Below, piece by piece: positions 29,832 to 38,493 of a stretch of DNA of 46,268 nt (positions are counted from its first letter, which is position 1; every line of letters begins with the position of its first letter). Origin of the DNA: a virus (Duplodnaviria; Caudoviricetes); the IMG/VR virus record IMGVR_UViG_3300046779_000664, positions 1 through 46,268 of that record, one strand, 5' to 3'. The notes beneath the pieces are model-generated. The model saw nothing but the letters and a program-made list of their open reading frames with translations, had not been told where the DNA came from and did not search any database. A program made the position numbers and the translations under genes.

Positions 29832-30677
29832 ATGAAAATTGCCTACTTTCCTAATCAGACCGCACTACAATCTGAACCCATATGGCGAGCGTTCCTTGAT
29901 GGATGCAGACAAATAGGAATAGAGCCTGTAGAAAACTCAAAAACAGCAGACATGGCTGTAATTTGGTCAGTTTTATGGAATGGCCGCATGAGAGTTAACG
30001 AGTCTGTCTACAAACATTATCGAAGTTTAAACAAACCTGTGTTTATTATTGAAGTCGGTACATTGGACCGAGGACGCACATGGAAAATTTCGGCAAATCA
30101 TATCACTACTGACGGAATTTACGGAAATAACGAAAATTTAGACCCGGACAGAAGTAAAAAAATAGGTATAGAGTTGTTACTACCAAAAATTAAAAGACAA
30201 GATTCGATTTTAATTGTTGGTCAGCATGAAAAAAGTTTACAATGGGAAAAACAACCATACCTCAGAGCATGGCTTGACCATAAAGTTCAAGAAATTCGTA
30301 AATTTACCGACAGACCCATAATTTTTCGACCACATCCTCGGTGTATCCTTGGAACAAATTCCATTCCAGGTATAACCATTGAACGTCCTAATAAAATTTT
30401 GAACACTTATGATAAATTTGACATCAATTTTAACCACCATTGCGTGATTAGTCACAATAGTGGTCCAGGAATTCAAAGTGTAATTGCAGGAACACCAGTA
30501 ATTTGCGACAAATCGAGCCTTGCCTACGAAATGAGTAACAGTTTTTCACAAATAAATCACTTATCAATACCGGATAGGCAATTTTGGTTTCAAAAAATAT
30601 TGCATACCGAATGGACTGTCGAAGAACTTAAAGTTGGCACACCGCAAAAACGAATTTTATCTGAACTAAACCGTTGA
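29832..30677 (+). CDS. Putative GT-B glycosyltransferase, KpsC/KpsS-like
   Basis: FIIEVG.L.R, ILIVGQ, TDRPIIFRPHPR, VISHNSGPGIQSVIAGTP; paralogous to 27486..28436. Confidence 0.65.
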   Translation: MKIAYFPNQTALQSEPIWRAFLDGCRQIGIEPVENSKTADMAVIWSVLWNGRMRVNESVYKHYRSLNKPVFIIEVGTLDRGRTWKISANHITTDGIYGNNENLDPDRSKKIGIELLLPKIKRQDSILIVGQHEKSLQWEKQPYLRAWLDHKVQEIRKFTDRPIIFRPHPRCILGTNSIPGITIERPNKILNTYDKFDINFNHHCVISHNSGPGIQSVIAGTPVICDKSSLAYEMSNSFSQINHLSIPDRQFWFQKILHTEWTVEELKVGTPQKRILSELNR

Positions 30678-30701
30678 CACGTACTATTTTTGTGCTATAA
30701 T
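30674..30701 (+). promoter_or_regulatory. Sigma70-type promoter
   Basis: TTGACA, 16 nt spacer, TATAAT preceded by TG (extended -10); ATG 30709 lies 7 nt downstream. Confidence 0.7.
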
Positions 30702-30708
30702 GTATAGT

Positions 30709-31956
30709 ATGAAGCATACTATTGAAGACGCACTAGAAATATTAGGTGGCACAATTAATCGTGCTGTGAATATCCGCATTGATAGCGGAGAACTAAATTT
30801 GGTTCGTAGTCTTGCCAAGCAAGTTGCTAGGGGAACTGCTCTAACTGATCGCCAATTAGAGCTTGCCATTAAAAAAATTGAAAAATATCGAGTTGGACTG
30901 ACACAAAATTTATTAAATGTTGATGAACTACTCTTAACTAAACCGTTAAGAATGCCTATTAGAGAAATTGACAGAACACAATCGATATCATTAATAACTA
31001 CACCAGAAAAGAAAACTAAGATTTTGGTAAAATTTGTATTTTCCAAGAAATTTGCTTCTGTGTGGAGTGATTTACAAGAAAAACTAACAGCCAGTGTCCT
31101 TGAACAACGAGGGGAAAAGATTTTATCTTTTAATGAGCTCGACCTTCACAGGATCGTTACGGCACTTCTTCCTTTGAATTTTGAACTCAGTGAAGAAGTC
31201 TGCGAGCTACATGACAAAATTCAAGAAATTGTCGAAAATCCCGACAATTACACAATCTATGTTGACCTAATCAACGATGAGCCTGTATTAGTTAATGCGA
31301 ATAGTCGTTGTCAAAAATATTTAGAAGAACAGGGTCTTGATAAAAAAGACTCAGATTTCCTGGTTTTTTTAGACCGTTTAAAATCATGTGGAATTCATAA
31401 CAAAAAAGACAAAATTCTAGCAAAAATCGAGGAGATTTCGCCTAATTCTATAGTGAAAAACATACTCACTTTAACAGAGACAAGATTTCGTCTTAATCCA
31501 GAGGATCACGGTATAGATACTATCTTTAATGTAATCGATACATTAAAGCAATGGCCTGTACTAGTTATTGTTGATGACACAAAGGACGCCATTCATACAA
31601 CAAAAACTATCTGTGAGCACTTAGTAACAAGAATTCCGCGTGACGAGATTGTTGTGTTCTTTAGAATGCAAAATGGTGATTCTGACCAAGAGCAATTTAA
31701 CCAATATGTCAAGGATAACCACTTAAATAATTTTATAGACTCAAGAACTAAGGTTGTGTTTGTGACTAAAAATCGCATACCTAAACCACTTTTTAGTGCA
31801 GATTGGAAGCCACGTACTGCACTAGTAACATCCAACTATGAATACGGAAAGACATCGGCTTACTTAAATGATTTTTCCACTGTGTATTACTATAACAACT
31901 CAGTATCTGTTAGACACGGAAGAATAAAAGGAATGAGACAAATTGTCCAGTTGTAA
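30709..31956 (+). CDS. Hypothetical protein upstream of uvsW
   Basis: Long ORF; N-terminal SLAKQV..G.ALTDRQ motif; start moved from 30700 because that ATG overlaps the -10 box. Confidence 0.7.
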   Translation: MKHTIEDALEILGGTINRAVNIRIDSGELNLVRSLAKQVARGTALTDRQLELAIKKIEKYRVGLTQNLLNVDELLLTKPLRMPIREIDRTQSISLITTPEKKTKILVKFVFSKKFASVWSDLQEKLTASVLEQRGEKILSFNELDLHRIVTALLPLNFELSEEVCELHDKIQEIVENPDNYTIYVDLINDEPVLVNANSRCQKYLEEQGLDKKDSDFLVFLDRLKSCGIHNKKDKILAKIEEISPNSIVKNILTLTETRFRLNPEDHGIDTIFNVIDTLKQWPVLVIVDDTKDAIHTTKTICEHLVTRIPRDEIVVFFRMQNGDSDQEQFNQYVKDNHLNNFIDSRTKVVFVTKNRIPKPLFSADWKPRTALVTSNYEYGKTSAYLNDFSTVYYYNNSVSVRHGRIKGMRQIVQL

Positions 31957-33406
31957 ATTAATCATACGAGACGAAGTTAATATTAAATTTGAAGGGCTTT
32001 CTGTAGAAGTTCGCAGAAAAATCTCAAACGCTTTAAAATTCGAACTGCCATATGCACGTCATATGCCGCAGTACAAACTTGGCCGATGGGACGGCACAAC
32101 TACCTTCTTTGGGTTAGGCGGCAACGGCTACTTAAATCACTTAGACGTTATACTAGGCATTTTAGAAGAATGTGGTGTAGATGTAGAAGACATTGAAGAT
32201 TTAAGACAGCCACATCAATTTAACTTTACACCAATCACTGACCAGTATTGGGCCGCCAAGGGCAAGACATGGCCCAAAGGTCATCCTATGGAAGGACAGC
32301 CTATAGTATTACGTGATTATCAATTAGATGCGATTAACGGCTTTATGGGTGCTCCACAAGGGCTACAAGAACTAGCCACTGGCGCAGGTAAAACAATTAT
32401 TACAGCAACCTTGTCAGCATTATGTGAACCATACGGACGTACATTAGTAATTGTTCCTAACAAAGGTCTTGTTGTACAAACCGAAGAAGACTATCGCAAC
32501 GTTGGACTAGATGTTGGTGTGTATTTTGGCGACAGAAAAGAATTAGGTAAGACACACACCATCTGTACTTGGCAAAGTTTAAACATCTTAGACAAGAAAG
32601 GTGCAGACACTGAAACACTTTCATTAGCAGAATTCTTAGACGGTGTTGTTTGTGTAATCGTCGACGAAGTACACATGGCCAAAGCAGAAGTATTAAAGAA
32701 ACTGTTAAGTCAGAACATGGCTAATGCTCCCATACGTTGGGGACTAACAGGAACTGTACCCAAAGAAGACATTAACTTTCATAGCATCCTTGCAACACTT
32801 GGTCCTGTAGTTAATCGTATATCAGCACACCACTTACAAGAGAAAGGTGTGCTTGCTCAGTGTCATGTGAATATTGTACAATTACTAGATGTAAAAGAAT
32901 TTAGAACGTATCAAGAAGAATTAAAATATCTTGTTACAGATAAAGATAGAGTAGATTATATTTCAAAACTATGCAACTCAATTAAAGACTCAGGCAACAC
33001 ACTAATACTAGTAGACAGGCTCGACGCTGGCAGGCAAATTGTAGATGCAATCCCGGGATCCGTTTTCATCAGCGGAGAAGTTAAGCTCACAGAGCGAAAG
33101 GAACATTATGATGAAGTCAGGGAATCTGATAGCAAGGTTATTGTGGCGACTTATGGTGTGGCCGCTGTGGGTCTTAATATTCCAAGGATTTTTAATCTGG
33201 TTCTTCTTGAGCCCGGAAAGAGCTTTGTCCGCGTTATACAAAGCATTGGGCGAGGGATTAGAAAAGCAGAAGATAAAGACTTCGTCCAAATTTGGGACAT
33301 CACGTCGTCCTGCAAATACGCAAAGCGGCATCTTACGGAGAGGAAGAAGTTTTATAAGGAAGCGAGATACCCGTTTACCTTAGAAAAGGTACAGTGGGAA
33401 GAATAA
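31943..33406 (+). CDS. uvsW: SF2 helicase UvsW-like
   Basis: LRDYQ, ATGAGKT, DEVH, GLTGT, QSIGRGIR; TTG start. Confidence 0.9.
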   Translation: MSSCKLIIRDEVNIKFEGLSVEVRRKISNALKFELPYARHMPQYKLGRWDGTTTFFGLGGNGYLNHLDVILGILEECGVDVEDIEDLRQPHQFNFTPITDQYWAAKGKTWPKGHPMEGQPIVLRDYQLDAINGFMGAPQGLQELATGAGKTIITATLSALCEPYGRTLVIVPNKGLVVQTEEDYRNVGLDVGVYFGDRKELGKTHTICTWQSLNILDKKGADTETLSLAEFLDGVVCVIVDEVHMAKAEVLKKLLSQNMANAPIRWGLTGTVPKEDINFHSILATLGPVVNRISAHHLQEKGVLAQCHVNIVQLLDVKEFRTYQEELKYLVTDKDRVDYISKLCNSIKDSGNTLILVDRLDAGRQIVDAIPGSVFISGEVKLTERKEHYDEVRESDSKVIVATYGVAAVGLNIPRIFNLVLLEPGKSFVRVIQSIGRGIRKAEDKDFVQIWDITSSCKYAKRHLTERKKFYKEARYPFTLEKVQWEE

Positions 33407-33419
33407 TAATGGAGAATAG

Positions 33420-33926
33420 ATGTTAATTTTAACTTTAGATGACAAGAGTTTTGACTTATCTAAAATGCCGGATGAAGTAGAAGACGATATTAGGTTTAGT
33501 GTATTAGATAACAACGATACTAACAACCCAGACTTTTTCTTTATACCTTTAATATTTTTAGAAAGTTTTAACAGTCCAGCAATGGTACTTAACATTGGCG
33601 GACACGAAGTAACAATGCCCATTGACTGGAGCATTGCAGTAGGAGACAGTGAATGTGGTAATGAATTAGAAGTGCTACCGCTTACTAGTTTAAATGATAG
33701 AGGGTTTGAAGCATTTATCTTTAATCCGCTTAGTGGATTCAAACACGAGTATGCTCAGATCGAAATCGTAAATGTTTACAATGATGTCAAATGGTTCTTT
33801 CCTAAAATGAAAAACAATCAATTGTTGTCAGTTCCGCTATACGAAGGCTCAAAGCCACATTGTGCGTTCTTCACCAAAGACATTAGTAGACAAAGTGAAA
33901 TTATTAACCACTACAAACTTTTATAA
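33420..33926 (+). CDS. Hypothetical beta-rich protein, possibly a degenerate Hint fold
   Basis: GGAG RBS; GGHEVTMPIDWSIAV...LEVLPLTSL pattern loosely recalls Hint block B. Confidence 0.6.
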   Translation: MLILTLDDKSFDLSKMPDEVEDDIRFSVLDNNDTNNPDFFFIPLIFLESFNSPAMVLNIGGHEVTMPIDWSIAVGDSECGNELEVLPLTSLNDRGFEAFIFNPLSGFKHEYAQIEIVNVYNDVKWFFPKMKNNQLLSVPLYEGSKPHCAFFTKDISRQSEIINHYKLL

Positions 33927-34168
33927 TGCCATTAGACCAAGTACAACAATCTCCGCCTAGTGAAGACTGGGCGTTCAAGCATCGTAGAATTGGCCAAGAA
34001 AATAAAAGAAGTTGGATACCGAGAAAATGTTTTTTATCTAACAAAGACATTTGGTTAAAGAAGTGTGTAGTAGTTACTAGTATGATTACTGGACCAGGTG
34101 ATGCATTATTTGAATCATACTGGTGCGATGCTAAAGAGTTTTTCTTAAATGAGTTTAGAGGAAAGTAA
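33926..34168 (+). CDS. Small hypothetical protein
   Basis: TAATG coupling; W.P.KC.LS...IWL motif. Confidence 0.6.
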   Translation: MPLDQVQQSPPSEDWAFKHRRIGQENKRSWIPRKCFLSNKDIWLKKCVVVTSMITGPGDALFESYWCDAKEFFLNEFRGK

Positions 34169-34435
34169 ATGGGACAATTAAAACCTGGTGCAACTTACAT
34201 TTATGAACGTTCTGGCGGTATTACTTACGCTAGAGAAGCAGGAGCAGATCCTTCGACGAGATTTGCAATTGGTTGGGATTATGAAGCACCAACACACGAC
34301 ATAGAAACATTTAGAGCAACAAAAGAAGCAAGGCTTTGGAAAAAGATTCGGGAAACTGCGAAGACCAATAAGCCTTTACAACGAATGCTTGAACGTGTTA
34401 TACTAGTTTATAATATTATTAGGAAATCGAAATGA
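34169..34435 (+). CDS. Small hypothetical protein
   Basis: GAGG RBS; YIYER.GG..YARE.G motif. Confidence 0.65.
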   Translation: MGQLKPGATYIYERSGGITYAREAGADPSTRFAIGWDYEAPTHDIETFRATKEARLWKKIRETAKTNKPLQRMLERVILVYNIIRKSK

Positions 34436-35058
34436 GTTTAAAGGTAGCATACTTTCAGCCAATTGTTTTAGCGATTGACCAAGTACCTCCTGTTGAGTTT
34501 AGTAAGATTTTTAGTTTATCAGAACAACTACATGCACACCCGGAACTAAATGATTCTGGCAATCCTTTTATTAGTATTCGTGGAGGACAGCAAATACAAG
34601 TCTATCCAAACGAGCTACAGTTAGATGTTAGTTGGCTAGTAAAGTGGATCGAAACGTTAGCCACGGGCTATATGGAAATTATCAGTCAACAATCGGGCAC
34701 TGAAGATTTGCGTATGTGCAAGCCAGAAGTAACTAGCATTTGGACTATTAGACAAACAGCGGGGCAGTATCAAGAACTTCATAGTCACCCAGGCGGTAAC
34801 TTGAGTGGTAACATTTATATCAACGTTCCTGACTTTGCCGCAGATAGTAATCCTAGTGATGGCCATATCGCATTTAAGTTGCCACAGACTAAGGATGTGA
34901 CTAAATTTTTTATGAACGATACTTGGAAGTATAAACCGGTAGCAGGAACAGTTGTGGTATTTCCAAGCCATGTAGCACATACAGTTTATCCTTGGCGTGG
35001 AGAAGGACATAGAACTGTTATGGCATGGGATTGCAGGTTGGTACCTAAAGATGAGTGA
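34432..35058 (+). CDS. Putative 2OG-Fe(II) oxygenase (second copy)
   Basis: W...Q..GQYQELHSH...LSG.IY, G...VFPS...HTVYP...R..MAW. Confidence 0.78.
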   Translation: MSLKVAYFQPIVLAIDQVPPVEFSKIFSLSEQLHAHPELNDSGNPFISIRGGQQIQVYPNELQLDVSWLVKWIETLATGYMEIISQQSGTEDLRMCKPEVTSIWTIRQTAGQYQELHSHPGGNLSGNIYINVPDFAADSNPSDGHIAFKLPQTKDVTKFFMNDTWKYKPVAGTVVVFPSHVAHTVYPWRGEGHRTVMAWDCRLVPKDE

Positions 35059-35518
35059 TAAGTTAACTATTAAAGATGAAACCGCGGCCATTGACATGGG
35101 CGCAAGAGACCTGTGGGATAATTTTACCGAAGAGCAACGTAAGCAGATTAGTTTTTATCTTTTGATTAGGTATGCCAGTTCTATAAAAACCAGCGACAGA
35201 GAAGCGCAAGAACTGGCAATCTTTAAAACAAACGAGTATTTTAATAAACACTTTTTTGATTTAAGTAAGCATCCTAAACTGTTATGGTATCTTGTTTGTA
35301 TGACCGGCAACGATCAAAAGAAGATACATTTTCATGAATGGATTGGGTATAAGAAGAAAGAAGGCAACAGCAAGATTGCCAAGGTACTCGAGACATTGTA
35401 TCCACATTTGAAAGACGACGAGATAGACTTAATGACTAGTATGACTACAGAAAAAGAAGTTAAACAACGTCTGAAAGACTTGGGTTGGGATGACAAAGAT
35501 ATTAAAAAGGCATTATGA
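35051..35518 (+). CDS. Probable clamp loader small subunit (T4 gp62-like)
   Basis: YLLIRYASS...NEYFN..F..L..HP.L.W...HEWI..KK pattern; start moved to ATG 35051. Confidence 0.5.
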   Translation: MSDKLTIKDETAAIDMGARDLWDNFTEEQRKQISFYLLIRYASSIKTSDREAQELAIFKTNEYFNKHFFDLSKHPKLLWYLVCMTGNDQKKIHFHEWIGYKKKEGNSKIAKVLETLYPHLKDDEIDLMTSMTTEKEVKQRLKDLGWDDKDIKKAL

Positions 35519-36249
35519 ACTTAGATGTTTTTGAAAAACACAAAGGAATTAAGATCAAGTTGTCTACAATAGAAAAACCATACGTGTGTCAATACTGCGG
35601 TAGTGCTTATGTAAAAGAGTCTACCTTGAGTGTCCACATGTGTGAGCAAAAACGTAGACACTTAGCCAAGGATGAGAAACATGTAATACTTGGCTATCAG
35701 ACTTATGTTAGATTCTTTCAACTAACACAAAAGGCCAAGCATACTAAGACATACGAAGAGTTTGCTAAAAGTCCTTACTACAATGCATTTGTTAAGTTTG
35801 GAAGTTTTCTTAGCAATGTCAATCCATTGTACCCAGATAGATACATTGACTTTGTAGTCACTAGCGGAGTTAAGTTAGACCATTGGTGCAGGGAAGACCT
35901 ATACTATAAATACGTCCTAGACTTAATTAAGAAAGAACCTGCCGAAGTGGCACTACAGCGTAGTATAACTACAATGATGGACTGGGCAAATGAAAATGGT
36001 AGCCAGTGGAATCATTATTTTAAGTATGCAAGTGTTAATAGAGCCGTTTATGCTATCAAGGATGGCAAGATTAGTCCTTGGCTAATTCTTAATTGCGAAA
36101 CAGGCAGAGAGTTATTAAACAAGTTTAATGATGAACAGTTGGGCATTGTATTTGAAGTATTGGATCCTGAGTTTTGGAAAAAGAGATTTAGGATGTATCC
36201 AGCGGACTTGGAGTTAGTTGCAGAGGTCGTTAAAGAAAGTAAATTATGA
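35515..36249 (+). CDS. Hypothetical protein with N-terminal C2H(C) zinc finger
   Basis: YVCQYCGSAYVKESTLSVHMCE. Confidence 0.7.
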   Translation: MNLDVFEKHKGIKIKLSTIEKPYVCQYCGSAYVKESTLSVHMCEQKRRHLAKDEKHVILGYQTYVRFFQLTQKAKHTKTYEEFAKSPYYNAFVKFGSFLSNVNPLYPDRYIDFVVTSGVKLDHWCREDLYYKYVLDLIKKEPAEVALQRSITTMMDWANENGSQWNHYFKYASVNRAVYAIKDGKISPWLILNCETGRELLNKFNDEQLGIVFEVLDPEFWKKRFRMYPADLELVAEVVKESKL

Positions 36250-36431
36250 GAAAACTATTAGATGGCAAGGAAGTTGTAGAACTAACAGAACCAAAGACAC
36301 TCAAAGTAACTACACGTTGTCCAGAAAAGTGGTTGTTGATTGACTTAGAAACGGGAGAGCGTTATACTGGATATAGTACTGACGGATCTCAAGATTGGAA
36401 AAAGGTTGATACATGCCGGACATTGACATAG
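36246..36431 (+). CDS. Small hypothetical protein
   Basis: ATGA coupling; T.CP.KW..IDLETG..Y.G motif. Confidence 0.6.
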   Translation: MRKLLDGKEVVELTEPKTLKVTTRCPEKWLLIDLETGERYTGYSTDGSQDWKKVDTCRTLT

Positions 36432-36982
36432 ACTTTGCAGACAGAACTCACGCATTAGAAAAAATAAATCACATCGTTGCGGCCATTAAAGACGACGGAT
36501 TTAAAAAGCACAACACAGGCATTTACTGCCAAGACATTCCATATAATCCTGTTACAGGCATTAGTACATTAGACTACAAAGAAGCAGAAGACAGAGGTTA
36601 CTTTAAAATAGATTTCTTAAATGTAGGAATCTATGAAGGTGTACGAGATGAAGAACATCTCATTCAACTTATGGAGACTGAACCGCTATGGGACTTACTG
36701 ACGCAAGACGATTTCACAGATTTACTATTCCACGTCAATGGGCATGGGAACTTATTGAGACAAATGAAGCCCTCTTCCATAGAAGAATTGGCAATGTGTC
36801 TCGCTTTAATCCGCCCAGCAAAGAGGAACCTAGTTGGGAAGACTTGGACAGAGATTGGGCAGGAGATTTGGAAGAAACCGGAGAACGGTGAGTACTACTT
36901 TAAGAAAGCACATGCGGTCGCTTACGCTATGGCTATAGTAGTGCAGATGAATTTGATTTGCGAATCAACGCTTACGAACTAA
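36413..36982 (+). CDS. Miniature DNA polymerase III alpha (family C)-like catalytic core
   Basis: PDIDID, H.TG.Y, FKIDFL, LALIRP and YYFKKAHAVAYA motifs in DnaE order within 189 aa. Confidence 0.85.
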   Translation: MPDIDIDFADRTHALEKINHIVAAIKDDGFKKHNTGIYCQDIPYNPVTGISTLDYKEAEDRGYFKIDFLNVGIYEGVRDEEHLIQLMETEPLWDLLTQDDFTDLLFHVNGHGNLLRQMKPSSIEELAMCLALIRPAKRNLVGKTWTEIGQEIWKKPENGEYYFKKAHAVAYAMAIVVQMNLICESTLTN

Positions 36983-37336
36983 TTGTATTACTTTTCTCTT
37001 TACACGCTTAATTGAAATATTGTGTAGGTTTATAGTAGGCCCAAATACTACAGACACATCCTTAGTATTCATAGTCATTACCGAATACTTATAAGGCTCC
37101 ATTTCCGCTTTTAAGAATATGTTAATTGGGATAGTTCTATTACTTTCCCACCACCATGCTTCGCCCAGGGTTAAAAACCCTTTTCGTTCTTCTTCTGTTC
37201 TGAGAATTTCGTAGTTATACAGGCTAGTTACATACTGGTCTTGATTGATAATAATGCCTACGTATTCTACGCCACCGTAATGTACAACTGAAATAAAGGG
37301 GAAGTTTTCTCTAATGTCTTCCGTTAATTTTACCAT
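36965..37336 (-). CDS. Hypothetical phage protein
   Basis: FPF.S...Y...EYVGII.N, WWWESNR.IPINIFL. Confidence 0.7.
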   Translation of the reverse strand: MVKLTEDIRENFPFISVVHYGGVEYVGIIINQDQYVTSLYNYEILRTEEERKGFLTLGEAWWWESNRTIPINIFLKAEMEPYKYSVMTMNTKDVSVVFGPTINLHNISIKRVKRKVIQLVRKR

Positions 37337-37373
37337 AAATACTGTTATAAACCTTGATAAGTGAATTAAGCCA

Positions 37374-38483
37374 ATGCAAAAAATTCAATTTTATTTAGTA
37401 CCAAATAAAATCACTGTTACTACAGATAGAGTAGGATTCAACACGGAGTATAGACAAGTGTACCAACGACAATTAAAATTATACAAAGGCATAGACAATG
37501 CCTTACAAATAGACGTCAGAAACAGCGAACAGCGCAAGCAAGATGTCGTTGGTTATGATATCGTTATTAAATTCTTTGATGCAGAACAAAAGAATTTATT
37601 CAGTGTTTCAGGTTCTGCTATTACTGCTCAACCAGGACAAATGTCCGTAACAGTTAGCAAAGAAACTATAGCAGATATAGATCCACAAATGTTAAGAATG
37701 GCGGCTTATCTTAACAACGGTACAGAACAAAAGATTATATATATCGACGGACAGTTTGAATTGTTTGGTAATGTACAATTACTAGACGGGTACAATGATA
37801 AACTAGGATTTGGAGAAATTATCGATGTTGCTAAAGTCTTTAATTTTGAATGGGACAGACAGCAATTCCTAAGTGAAATAGTAAAGTTTGGTAACTATCT
37901 AAATGACGACTACAGTACTACTTTGGATAGTAGTGTAATTGGTAGCGTAGAAATTGAAGTTGTTCCTAATGCCGACGATCCATATGAAGGGTTTGTAAAC
38001 GTATATGCTACCAACGACATGAGTACATCCTTTGGCACAGACTGGAAATTAATTGACTCTGTTGAAGTGCCGGCAGGTGGCTCGAGTGTTACAAAGGTTG
38101 TAGAGAATACAGGCTATCGTTATATGCGTTTTGGCTATGAGAAGAGTTCTACAGCCACTAATAATGCAACATTTGATATTGAAAAGTTAGGTAGTACATA
38201 TACCATTGTAGGCATTCCTGATGGTGGTAGACAATTTGATATTGGCGATAAGATTAAAGTATTAGGCACCAGTTTAGGCGGTACAAGTCCAGCCAACGAT
38301 GCTATAATCACAGTAACAGCCATTCAAGGTCCCATCTATGGCAGTTTACCAAGTTATACTCGTAGCATACTATCAGCAACCATTCTAGGCGAAGCAAGTT
38401 TATTGACTGCTGATAGAACATACACTAGTGTCGCTGGCATTGGTTTTACCGGAAAAGTTGACAAAGTAATAGTAAGAAACTAA
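37374..38483 (+). CDS. Putative virion structural / baseplate protein
   Basis: LYKGIDN..Q....N.EQ N-terminus; GD.I...GT.LGG.SPAND..ITV module; TAAATA at 37336. Confidence 0.55.
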   Translation: MQKIQFYLVPNKITVTTDRVGFNTEYRQVYQRQLKLYKGIDNALQIDVRNSEQRKQDVVGYDIVIKFFDAEQKNLFSVSGSAITAQPGQMSVTVSKETIADIDPQMLRMAAYLNNGTEQKIIYIDGQFELFGNVQLLDGYNDKLGFGEIIDVAKVFNFEWDRQQFLSEIVKFGNYLNDDYSTTLDSSVIGSVEIEVVPNADDPYEGFVNVYATNDMSTSFGTDWKLIDSVEVPAGGSSVTKVVENTGYRYMRFGYEKSSTATNNATFDIEKLGSTYTIVGIPDGGRQFDIGDKIKVLGTSLGGTSPANDAIITVTAIQGPIYGSLPSYTRSILSATILGEASLLTADRTYTSVAGIGFTGKVDKVIVRN

Positions 38484-38486
38484 AAT
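38458..38486 (+). promoter_or_regulatory. Sigma70-type promoter for primase
   Basis: TTGACA, 17 nt spacer, TAAAAT; ATG 7 nt downstream with no SD. Confidence 0.7.
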
Positions 38487-38493
38487 ACTCTAT

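Noticed and set aside
33420-36982. Split-intein trans-splicing of the mini-DnaE using the Hint-like protein
   Set aside because: Mini-DnaE has no intein half at either end and the Hint-like ORF lacks splicing residues
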